Shown here: positions 37,501-49,639 of the stretch, piece by piece | How the letters are laid out: the number at the start of each line of letters is the position of its first letter | How positions within the stretch are numbered: position 1 is the stretch's first letter | Origin: Pelomyxa schiedti | Taxonomy: Eukaryota > Protista > Evosea | Assembly: GCA_020536535.1 (NCBI GenBank) | Contig: JAHLWZ010000821.1 | Location: 1-64,000 of the forward strand | Length of the DNA: 64,000 nt | Direction of reading: 5' to 3' | Notes under the pieces: generated by a model | What the model was told of the DNA's origin: nothing | Databases searched by the model: none | Seen by the model: the letters and a program-made list of their open reading frames with translations, nothing else | Position numbers and translations under genes: made by a program

Positions 37501-38699
37501 ACATCCTCTTTTCCGCTCCCACCAACATGTTTTCCCCTTCGTAATTTATATTTTCTTTTCCTTATTTCCACAACTTAGGATGACATGCTACCAATGGACG
37601 TGAAAGAATTAAAAAGAACGGTCAGGTATTACCGTAGAACCAAGTCGACACGCAATCTAGGTTATTTTTTTATGCCTCAATGCTTTTAAGTCATTTAACT
37701 TCTGTAGCGGAATACTTTGTACCAAACACTCCGACAGATCCTAGAACGAAAACACCAAAGACACCCCTACCCCCTGGATTGGTTGAAGGTACCAATAGCC
37801 TTACAAACCTGCAAGAGCAAATTGCTGCCCTGCAACGGAACAACAAACAGCTAGAAGCAGAAAGAGAAAAAATCAAGTTGCAATCCGACATGTACGCTGC
37901 CAGTAACAAAGCTCTCTCAGTTGCGTTTCCAACAATCAAGCTAAAATAATGAACCATTAATTCTTTCCTCAGGATGAACTTAGGGAGGTTCTCAACTCAC
38001 ACAAACAGCTTGTTTGGGCAACCTACTATTATGTGTCATCTCTGGATGGGAACGCTAACAGGTTTCTACCTCCATTTGACTTTTTCTAATACGGAATTGA
38101 ACACTCTTCCTCCACAAAGTGCGTTGAAGAAGGAAATACAAACACACTTCCGCATGCTTCTTGAGCAGCAGTATCAAGAGTTGTTTCCAAAACCATCATC
38201 ACCCGCCACTCCACACGCAAACAAAACGGGCAGTGCCAGCAGCCCTGCCTCATTCCAACGCATTACACACTCCCACTCTTTCTCCATCTCCAGCATTTCC
38301 AGTTCAAGTTCCAACTCCAGCACAAGCAGTACCGGATCACCAAAAAGTTCACCCAGCAGCCCAGCAGCTTCTCCAACCATGAAACCTTCAGAGAAGAAAA
38401 AAGAAACGGACTTCAAACTCAGCAACCCGGAGACCAAACTCCCACACTCAGCACGTGAGACGCCACCATCAGAAAAGAAGCACCGGTTCTGGAAATTCAC
38501 AAAGAAGGAGCCCGCGAAAGAGAGCCCAAGAGAAACAACAGCTTCTGCTTCTGCCACTGCTTCCGGTGATATATCCAAGGATGTATTACCGAGCACACCA
38601 GAGCGATGTACCATTGGTGTGTACTACCCCCCTTTTGGTTTTATCACAATTCTTATGTGATTCTTTGCAGATAACCCCCTCGTAAAATATTTTTTCTGA
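34575..38699 (+). CDS. STE11/Cdc15/SepA (MAP3K-epsilon)-like Ser/Thr kinase with long disordered N-terminus
   Basis: IGRGATAVVFKG, VALK, YAENGSL, IHR|DLKA|GNVLL, DFGVA, VVGSPYW|MSPE, DIW|SLGCTVIELLTG; start and last exon uncertain. Confidence 0.88.
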
Positions 38700-39109
38700 A
38701 CGCAACCCCATTTTTGTAACAAAAGAAAAACACTCAACGCCGTCAAGGTCTTGTGTTTTCTTTTAAATACCAAATTGGCGTGGGTGCCTGGCGCAAGGCG
38801 TTTCCACCCACTTCGCTACATTCCCAAATCTGCTTAGAGATGTTCCAGAATTCCACTACTTTTTCTCCCCGCTCTCCTCAATGGAAACCAACCAGATGGG
38901 GGTAACGAATACTGTCGCTCTTCAAAGATTTTCCGGCCTTTCAAAGTGATGTTACTTCTTTTTTCTTTTCCAGATTGACTAATCAACGTTCCTCTTCATT
39001 CTCACAATATCTCAAGAGGAGTGCTTCGTTTTCTTAAGACACCCCCAGTGTAAATTCTTTCGCTGCGTTGACAACCAGGCGATAAAAGAGAGAAAAAAAA
39101 AATTCCGTC

Positions 39110-42100
39110 ATGGACGAGGTGCGAAGGATCACTTCGTATGTGGCCGAATCTACGACAAACCACGACCGAGTACCGCACCACGGAAACCACTCGAAGTCCG
39201 TCAGCAACCCGCAATTGAGAAGGACCAATGTTTCGACGCTGAACGGCGTTTCCGGGAGTGTTGGGGTTGTTGGCAGTGGCGGCGGCGGCGCCGTTACGGC
39301 CGCTGAGGAAGCGAGAAAATCGCTGTCTTTGTCATCACCAACTCTCGGCGGTGCTAAGAGTGTGAGCAGCAATCGCAACTCAACAACGTTGGAGCACAGC
39401 TCGAGCGAAGGAAGCGATATCACCACCAAGTGCACTCCCACCGACGAGTCGTTGAGGCTTCGTCGGCGTTACTCGGAACGAGAGCTGCCACAGGTCGGCT
39501 CGTCCGACTGCACTGTTTCCGATCGGAATTCACGGAAACACCACGAGAGCAATCAACAACAACAGCAACAGCAACAATCTCCGCGACGACAGGAACTTCC
39601 TGCCCTCGATCTTCGCCTCGCTTCAGCGAAACCTTCATCCGAGTCACCCCCCAGGGCCAAGCACCTGAGCTGTCACACGCCCCCACCGGTACTGTGCCGT
39701 AGATTTGGCATATTTATTTTACCAGTAAGACATTCTGACCTAAGTTTGTAACAGGAAATATCTATAAGAGGCTTAGTTACAACACAAGAAATATCTCAAC
39801 CTACTCATTCAGCACCGCACCCAAAAACCGATAATTCTGCAAATGCCTCCAGAGGTAATCCAGATTTTAAAATCAATGGCTCTTACAATATTTATTCCTC
39901 CCTTTAAAAGAGGCTCGACTCAGATCTCACTCTTGCCCCAGGCCTTCATCGTGAGTCAAATCCCTTTTTTCTACTGGGTGTAAACACATAACAAAACAAT
40001 AGGCATAAACCTTCTCTTCCACAGGAAGAACCTGTTTCGCCACCTCTTAGGAGTGCATCTGATGTTCTCTCATTTAACCCAGTACATGAACACCATCTCA
40101 GATCTGCATCGGTATGTGGAACAGAAATTGAATCCCGCCAGCCAAGACCTCATTATGAGAATCCCCATAAGCAGCTAAGTAGGATAATTATGATCTGTCG
40201 CAAACGGTGGTTAACACTCCTGTAGACGAAAGAAAGGACTTTGTTCCACCCCAAAGAAGTCTCACAGTTGGTTCTGAACACCCAGAAACAGCTATTGCAT
40301 CAGGTCACCAATCACGGCGCTGTTATGGCCCATACCCTTCCCAATCTCCTTCATTGGCTCCTCAAATGCTTCCTCCACAAAAACAGAGCTTGCCACCTCT
40401 GTCTTCAAGAAAAACACCGCAAATTGAGCAACAGAATTCTTTTGCTAGTGAGTATAATCGGCACCATAAAGGGCATGAAGCTGTTGAAAGAAACGAACCA
40501 CAGGACCCAAGCAGTGCTGAAGGGAAAGTAATATTTTATTTTCCATTTAGGATCGTTCTTCATCAATTTTCAGGACAATACCAGTAGTATATCATTATCA
40601 TTTCAAGATCAAAAAAGGCTTCAACAGGAACTTGAAGTGCACGTCAAGTTAGCTCTACAGGAAGAGCAGAAGAAGATCGCCAAACAGAAAGCTAAAGTGG
40701 CAATGGAAGAAAATGCAATCAATTCACTAACATCAATCTCAAAAAGGAACAAGAAAGACTCTCCAATCAACTGAGTGCTATGGCATCTCGTCTTCAAATT
40801 GTGGAGGAGAAAATAAGTAGTCAAGATGCTACAATAGAGTTATTGAAACGCCGATTATCTGGAGTATTTCTCATAACCGTTTTGTTAGATTCGTGACTTT
40901 TCATAGGAGCTTCACCCTCCAACATACCCAACACATCATCGATCCAGAAGCTGGGGTGATATGAAATCCCCAGATGTTTTGGCACACCAGTCTCATCAAC
41001 CAACTGTCAAACCCGAACCAACTCCAGTACCTCCACAATCTACAACTCCTTTGCAACAAACCGTCACTCCACCGCCACCATCTACTACCCCTCTGCAGCA
41101 AACCGTCGTACAAGCGAAGCCAGAAGATGCTCCACATGGGTTCTTCAAAAAATCATTTCTCTCCAAGAAGCTCTTCAACAAACAGGCCCCTCCTAGCAAA
41201 AGCCCGGCCATTTCTAGCGATAAATCTTGCACAACAACTTCAGCCAGCAATCCAACTTCATCTGCCAATTCGACTTCATCTAGCAATGGTTATGTCAAAT
41301 CTGCTATGGCTGATGTTCTTTTTTCTGGATTACTAGGTGGCGTTGGCGTTAAGGACTCCAAGTACTGGGAACACCGAGATGAAGCACCTCCACCAGCAAA
41401 ACCAGAACCCGAACTCGATATTTTAGATGTTGCACCAGCAATATCTTCAACGGGGGATTATGGAGAGATTAAGTTGATAGGAGAGGGGTCTGCTGGCAAG
41501 GTAGAGTGTTTTTTTTTTGTTTTTTGATCCTCAACGTTATTCAAATTCTTTTTAGATCTTTTCTGCCCTTCAAAAGTCATCCAAAAAAAAAGTTGCCATT
41601 AAAGTTATACCTTTGGCTGACAGAAATAAAAAACAGGTGATGAGATTTTTTTCCTCGTTTGTACTATGTTAACCCCTTCCTAAGCTTATCAATGAAATAT
41701 TAGTGATGAAATCTTCACATCACCCAAACCTCATTTCATTCATCGACTGTTTCACTAAAGGTGACCAAATTCGAATTGTAATGGAGTAAGTCCTCAGGTC
41801 AACAAAAACTTGAAATGCTAAAACGGAACAGGTACATGGATGGTGGTACATTAACAGATGTACTTGATAATCATCATCCCCTGTCCACCCATGTGATAGG
41901 TTACGTATGTTATAGTGTACTCAAAGCATTAGAGTACCTGCATTCCAACAACAAAATACATAGGTATGACATAAAATTAAAAGTCCATCACCCAAATTGC
42001 AAAAGGGATATTAAAAGTGACAATACACTTCTTGGGAGAGATGGAACTTGTAAAATAGGCGATTTTGGTTATGCTTCATCTCTGTCAAACCCTCATTCCC

Positions 42101-42704
42101 TCCGACACTCGGTACAGTTCTCTTTATCTTTTTTTTAAATCTTATTCCTTTGAAGATTGTTGGTACACCCTACTGGATGGCACCAGAAGTTGTTAAGACT
42201 AAAGAATACAATTCTAAGGCGTGTACGGCCATTTTCTCCTAGAGATTGACCAAGTGCCAGGTAGACATTTGGAGTCTGGGCATAATGGTGATGGAAATGG
42301 TGGACGGTTCCCCACCCTTTATACAGCATCCACCTCTCAATGCTCTGATACTGATAGCAGCCCAAACAACGCCGCCACCGCCGCTGAACCCGAGTGACTG
42401 GACCGCATTACTAACTGCCTTCACCACACTGTGCCTGGACATAAACCCCAGCAACCGGCCAACCGCAACTGCCTTACTGCACCACCCCCTCCTTGCACCG
42501 TTCTCATCGGCTACAGCTACAGAAAGCAGCACTTACCTACAAGGTAAACAGCAGCTAGCCTCCCTCATTGTAACATCAGGAACCCAGAACAACCCTCCAC
42601 CATCACCAACTCCTAATGCCAATACTAATACCAACACCAATACCAGTACCAGTACCTCAAAAGCCTCCTCAGACCACCACAAAAGCTCCAAGAAACGGCA
42701 CTAA
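39110..42704 (+). CDS. PAK/STE20-family kinase with C-terminal kinase domain
   Basis: IGEGSAGK, VAIK, LINEILVMK, YMDGGTLTD, HR|DIKSDN, GDFG, VGTPYWMAPE, VDIWSLGIMVMEMVDG. Confidence 0.92.
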
Positions 42705-42855
42705 CCCACTGCTATACCATGACCATTCCACAGAGCAGGGTCACCAAAGTCCAACCAAGGGAGTGTTTATTGGGGCGTGGGAGGGAGGGACATTTTTGTT
42801 TGTTTTGTTGTTGTAGTAATGAATGAAATACAAAAAAAACTTGTGTACTATGTCT

Positions 42856-44132
42856 TTATTCCTTCTTTCTGTGTGCTGCCACCCAAGCGGAAATAGCAGA
42901 CTTGATGGGAACGCAAGGAGTCAGCACTGGGTTTAGGTGGAACGGGGCACCGGTTATGGGTGAACTGTTTTGTTTCTGCAACCAGGATGAAATGGCAGAC
43001 TTCTCATACAAGAATCCATCTGGTGCAACAACAGGCTCCGTCATGATCTCCAATGTTATGGGGCACATGTATTCATTTGGTGGGTCACAAGTGAACGCAG
43101 TTGTATGTACAGAAATGTTTGTGTTGTCACTGTCATCAGGGAGTCTCTGGACATATGCCTGTGGAACATATCCAAATTTAGAACCACTCCCGACAAATAG
43201 CCATCCTCGAGCAGCTGATTTCAGCACATTGACAAGATCGCCTTCTGCCAGTGTCAACTCTGCTCCTACTCCATGGTGTGCGTAGAGCATGCGGCCTTTG
43301 AATGGGGTAACAACTTGAAGTGGTTGCTGACTTAGCTTCTCGACGTATTTTGCAGGTATGTAACCAGACGCAGATTGCCTGTTAGTAGCATATAACCATC
43401 CATTTCGTGCTTCTCTCTCGATTGTAAGAAGATCCCCAACAGTTATTGTAAGTTCATTGCCCGTGCCGGCGTGATTGTACAGTACCCGGGCCTCATATGG
43501 GTATTCTGGAAAGAAGTTACAGGTGAAAGTGCTAAAATTGATTTACCTTGCGGAAGTATTTTGAGATAAGCGTGAGGAACGTAACCGGTAGAACTGTCCT
43601 TTTTAACGAAGACCCATCCACCTTGTTGGGCACATGGAGGCCGAGACATGATTTGTACTTTGTCACCTTTTTGTATAGAAAGCTCGATGGGTGAATGTGA
43701 TTCAAAAGAGTGGACGGCCTCAGCTAGCGTTAAAGGTTCAGACTCGAGAGCTGAAGAGACTTTGGCCTACACTTTTGGTGTGTCACTTGAATTTGAATGA
43801 CAGAAGTAATACCACTGAGCCAGGTTGTGGCGATTGCTTCGGGGGTTGGTTAGGATCCCAGTTATTTTTGTTTATCCTCGAAACGTATCCTTCCGGCACG
43901 TGACCCTGAGCGCCGGTGCTCGTGAGTCTCGCCAAGATCCACCCTACACCACGAAGTTCGATTACGGAAGGCTAAACAAAAGATACACACCCCTTGCGCA
44001 CGCTCGTATAACGTCAAGAACATCGTCTTTCTTGAACGACAACTCAGATGGGCTGGTTCCATCATACGAATACAAAGCCACCGCATAGTACGGGTATCCG
44101 TCTGTTTCCGGAGCCACGGCCCCACTTGCCAT
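42856..44132 (-). CDS. 4xSH3 + U-box E3 ubiquitin ligase
   Basis: Four SH3 domains (ALYSY..ELSFKKDD..GW..GHVP.GY; ELSIQKGD..GW..GYVP; ELTITVGD..GW..GYIP; ELTLAEGD..GW..GYVP) and U-box PNEYMCPITLEIMTEPVVAPDGFLYEKSAI..SPITG. Confidence 0.92.
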
Positions 44133-44267
44133 GGAGGAATTACGGAAAAAAATAATAAAAAACCGATCTGGCCGCTGTTTATTGCCTGCCATCAGATCTG
44201 TGAGAAAAAAATGTGCCTAAGAATCCAAAAAATGTGCGTAAGAATTCTTCTTCTCTTATCTAGTGCT

Positions 44268-46649
44268 TTAAATGTCACGTGAAACTGGCCTAGAGGATAT
44301 TGAGCGCCTCCTCAGTTGAATGAACAGATAGACAGGTTTCGCATAGGGAAGTGCAGCAACTATAATAATAACAAAAGACAGGAATCTGTGGGTTTGCGTA
44401 AGCCAACGGTGTGAGAACTGTAAATAACCACTCACATAAACTGTCCATCAAGCCTGAGGAAAAGGAATGAAATGGTGAGATTGGGCCCACAAACAAATGA
44501 GGGGAACTCACTGTTTAATGGTAATCATTGTCAAGAATACAACAGAGAGTGACAAGAAGCAAGAAATTGCGAAGCCGAGGCCAACGAGACCAGTATGTTC
44601 AGTTTGTGCCCATGTATTCCGTACATAGGAGCAGAAAACACAAATCACTAAGCAACGGACGAATGAGAAAAGCATAAAGTTTAGAACCTGTGTATTTTGT
44701 AGTTAACAGGTTTGCGTGAGCACACCTTGAAAATTTCCATACGTGCAGTATTAGAACCGGAATGATGTTCACCACACACCAAAGGAGAAGAAGGGTGGTT
44801 GCCAAAATGAAGAGAATCTACTCTTTTTGGAAGACGGCCGTTGTTAGGTAAAATGAGTTTTTGGTTGGATGGAAAAGTACAATAAAGGGCAGGTTTGAGG
44901 CAATGTATCTATAGGAATGAGAAATAAAATGAGGCCGGCAAAGAGACTTACCCGAAGAACGGTAAGAAAGCTATGCAAATCTGATTTAAGCATAGAAAAA
45001 TGTTAATGAACGACTGTGCTGTATCTCCCATATCTGGTAGGAATTGGCATTGTAATGAAGAATTAAAAAAAAGTAAACCTAGAAGTCGCATTTCTACTGT
45101 TCCTGTATAAATAAATATTATAAACAGGCTTGCAGATAAGAAAATAGTGGTAAATAGGAATCTTGCTGTTGCAGCCCGCCGTAAAACCGAAAGTAAAACA
45201 AATTTCTGTCTTTGTCAAATTATCATCGATGAAGGGTTACTTGCTTTTCTTCTCGTATAATCGAGGTGATCCTCGGCTGCCTCTAGTTGGACAAAGCTGG
45301 TGGGTCTTACGTACTTTCTACCGTATTTGATGTACCGCACCATTCCATGAAAATCGGAACCCAATGTTGCTTCATCGCCAACAAGATGTGGCTGGGGTAG
45401 TTTTTAAAAATTGAATATGAAAAATTAGTCTACTTTTGCAGGAAAAATAAATAAAAATCCACAGATTGTGACGATGGCAACAATTATAGCGTAAATCCAA
45501 AATAGAAGCTCAAATGAAATTCCAGCCGTAAAATAAATTGTCTATGAAAGAAGTAAATGTCAGTGAGAACCACAAAGCAAATAAAACCTGTATCAAGAAA
45601 AATACAACACTGTAACATCTGTGAGGAAAAGAATAAAGTATTTCAAAAGTACCTGCTGATAGAAAATCCAGAACAGAGCAAACAGGTTGCAATTGTGTTT
45701 CTCTGGAACAGATTTGCCAATGGGAGGGAAGACAGAAATGCACCTGCGCCACCTGAGGGAGTAGTGTAAGTCACACATTCAAAAAAAAAAAAAAATGCAG
45801 GTATACCATGGCCCAACAGCACGAAAGAAAGCAGGCCCAAAGGAAGATCGTGTGCATTGGCCACAGCAAAGAGAAGACTCCCAACGGAAACAGTCTGCAA
45901 TGTAATGAATACAGAGTAAAATGAAAAAATGGGAATACAAGCCCGGATATCAAGCCAATCATTTTTGGCCCCAAGTACTCAATAAGAAATGCATTCGAAA
46001 GAAATGAGAGTGACATTCCTATATGGAGGAGATTACATATGAGGTTTTTTCCCCAAGGAAGGAGGGAACCAAACAAGCAGCAAGCATATAAGATGGACAG
46101 ACCAACCTCCTGAGTTGGGCATGGTATGACATCTTCAACACACCTTCCAGCAAGTTTTCCAGCATCTATTTCACAGAAAATAGTCAACCCGTTAAAAAAA
46201 AAAAAATAATTGTACACAACATCCCCAAATAGAAATATGTTAGAAATTGGCCACACTATACCTTTCAAAATGAGATTGATAGATGGCATTCCAAAAACCA
46301 GCCCTCCGACCAAAACCAGCCACCCGACATAGTACCAAAGTAAAATCGAGGCGCCTCGGGGCGTGGCGCAACAACACACCGCCGCGCGCCCAATTATGGG
46401 ATCGGCGGTCCCTCGTCCCCTTTGTTGTTGATTCCGAGGGTCATTGGTCGGTGTCGGCGATTCGGCCTCAATTTCAAGGGGAGAGGGCGACGTGGTCGAT
46501 GAAACCAGCGAAGAGGTCGTGGGTTCGAGACCGAGGGGTTCCAATGGAATTGCTGCGCCGGTTATGATGGCACCCTCCTCGTGCAGATGACTGCCAGTGT
46601 GGGAGGTAGTGGAAGTGGTAGTTGTGGTAGTCGTTGTAGTGGTCGCCAT
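44268..46649 (-). CDS. MFS transporter, SLC43/FMP42-like, multi-exon
   Basis: TM1 LVLVGGLVFGMPSINLILK, luminal Cys pair C..C..Q, LIEYLGPK loop, about 12 hydrophobic segments; TAA at 44268-44270. Confidence 0.75.
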
Positions 46650-46894
46650 CGATCAACAGGGCCTGTCGTTTCGTTGGTACGGTTTTGTCTTTTGGCTTGT
46701 GTAGTTGATTTCTGTGACATTTCGCGATCTTGTTCCGTGAATCCTCCTGGAGAAGGGACAGAGGGGCTGAGTGGTTCTACACAACTCCTCTTGAGAAGAA
46801 ATGTCTCAGGGTATTACTTGACAGTGTGATCGTGCTTTCAGTTCTGTTCAAAGGACGAAAAGACGAAGAAAGGGGAAAAAAAAAGGCTCGTGGC

Positions 46895-49469
46895 ATGTCG
46901 GGGCAAAAGAAGGCAACAATTGTTTAATTATGACATTTGGTTTTTAAAACACATTGTCTATCACAGTCTCTGGTGAGAATATTCTTTGCGGATGGCCTAT
47001 TTAAAACTTTCTCTTTGGACGATACTGTGACCGCTGTATGGCTCCTTCCACTTTCCCTTGTACCCTTTTTTGATTTCCTATATGCCAGCTTGAATTCAAT
47101 AAAATGATCAGCAAGAAGTATCAAATTGAGCACTCACTTTGCGACCCTCAGAGATACTGCGTGTATGAATACTGGGATTTGGGACTAGGTACTTGTTTTC
47201 CAGCCACACTTTTTCCTTTGTAATCATTCTTAAAAGAGGTGTATCTTATTCAAGAAGAGGATTCCTATGCACCTTTCTATACTTTGCAGTGGTGGGCTTC
47301 TAAGCCAACCCTTCAACCGAAATGCAAACTTGTTCATGCTGCTAAGAGCGTCAACTCGGCCCACCTGGTACTATTCTATGGTTTGATGTAGCTGCGAAGT
47401 ATTCAGTTTCATTATGATTAGAGTCCACAACAATTTCGGACACCCAATTTTATTGGGTCTCGTGTGGATTATGAAGCATGGTTCGCAAAGAGCAGTGCCG
47501 CTTATCCCAGTCGAGTGGCTCTTCCCTCAAGACAAGAGGTTGTACATTTGGAGGACACCTCATTGTCATCATCCTTTATGTATCTCAATGATAAAAAAGA
47601 TGACACGAGAAACCTCAACCCCTAAACCGGCACTTCAAAGGCAACCGAGTCAAGAGAAGTTAATGCAAGTCATCGTATGTGAGATAGGTTTGACACAGCT
47701 CACCTTTAATACAGGTATGCCTTGAGTGGGCCAACAGTATTCTGGCTTCTAGAAAGATTTCCATTACAGACATAGTGGAAGATATGCGATCAGGAGCTTT
47801 GCTCGTTTTTATTCTTGAGGATTTAACAAATCTTAAAATTCAGGTAGTTCCTCCCTAAGTGTCCCACATTAATATTCCTACATATACTAGCCTATGTTCC
47901 CTGCTCCAGTGCAAAAGGAAAACATGATTACCAATCTGAATACGTGCCTCAAATTTCTTCAATTAAACGGGTGTGAAATAACTGGTTGTATTGGAGAAGG
48001 TATTAACATCACTTTCCTTTAATTGCTAAAATTTCTGAACATAGATCTTTTTTATGGCAACCAAAGTGTTTGGGTACGACTGTTTGGTCTAATTATGAAG
48101 CACTATTCAACAGCTTCCAGTGCCGAAAGACAGATGCGCAGAAGCTCCATTATAAAAAGATGCAGTCTTTCTTCAAAAACCTCCACTACCGCAACGGGGA
48201 CATCCCCCACCGCTAACCCCGCCACCACAGAGGTTTCCTCAACGCCACATAATAATGGCACATCTACACCAGCATCAAATACATCAACAAGTACACCACC
48301 AGCAAGTACAACGCCAATTCACTTGCTCAGTCTTCAACTACAGCCTCCATCTTCACCGGCACCACTTCCCCCTAACGGTGGTACGTCCCGTGGATTGTCA
48401 TGTTCACTGTCTTCCCCGCCGCCTCGGCCAAACCCGCCTCCTCATCACTCCACTGTTCCTTCACCCACGAAAACTACAGAAAGTGTTTCAACCGAAAAAG
48501 AGGTTTCATGGCAGGAACGAGAAAGAAGAGCAACAGAAATCGAGCCACGACTCAGACCTGTAGAACACACTACAACACAAGCAACTTTTGTATGTGTAGC
48601 TTGTTTCTGAATATCATTACCCATCGTCTGTAGGTTTCCCGCAGACCAAGCCAGCTGATCACACCAACATCTTCCACCCAGGAATCCAGTGGTGCGTAAC
48701 ATTTTGTTGTAAGGCCCCAATTTGTCTAATCACTATGCAGCACCAGATGGGTTACTACGTATAGTTATTTCAGGTGAACCAGGAGTATTTGAATCTCAAA
48801 CTGTTGCCTTTAAGTATCAGCCTGAATTAAAAATGCACCAAGTAACGCGTTGTTTGTCATAACTAATTTTCACTTCATTCTAGTTAATGAAACAAGTCTG
48901 TGCAAAAAAGGTTACAGTTCTATTCACTCCTGCATTAACTCACGCACCACCCCCATAAAAATAGATGTTGAATCCTGATGAGTGGTGCTTTAAATTCCTC
49001 AACCTCGATATTACATGTTCCATGGACCTAACACTTCGTGACCTGGGTGTTGTAAGCATCCGATTGTGCAAAAAAGCACAAGGTAGAAATTCATATCCTT
49101 TCCATACCAAGACAAACCAAACCATAAACCCTGTATTTTTAAACTCTAGATACAGCCAGTACTAACAGTGTAACTAACAATAACCAAGGTTCTGTGGACG
49201 CTGCCGACTTGGGCAAGCTCTGTGACGAATTTGACCCCGTTGTTGATGTTACCCAGGTTTCCGGCTCACAATGGAATTCTTCATCATCATCACAGCAATC
49301 CTCGCATGATGACGGCGGTGGTTCCGGTGTTGATGACTTGGGGTTCAAGGTCACTACATACTCCTTTGAACAAGTCGCGGACTCTGAGCCCCGGGATGAC
49401 TTGGATGACCTAGACACATTCTTCAACAGGCTTTCGGCTAAACGTGCTCTGGCTCCTCATCATCTGTGA
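46895..49469 (+). CDS. Putative Ras effector: N-terminal RA-like domain, calponin-homology domain, C-terminal Sin1/Raf-type RBD-like domain
   Basis: Spliced LVRIFFADGLFKTFSLDDTVTA (RA); LEWANSIL..ITDIVEDMRSGALLVFILEDLT..NLNTCLKFL..DLFYGN (CH); LMKQVCAKK|MLNPDEWCF..MDLTLRDLG (RBD-like). Confidence 0.75.
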
Positions 49470-49639
49470 TGGATTAAGAGGAAGGGAGGATTCAGACATA
49501 AAGTAGTCTGGGTTCTTGCTGGTGTATTTATTGTGTAATCACAGAGAGGAGGAAAAAAAACAGTACAAACATACTGCCAAAGGGTTTTTTAATTTTTTTT
49601 TAAAACTTGTTTGTTTTACTTTGTGGTTTGTGGATGGCT

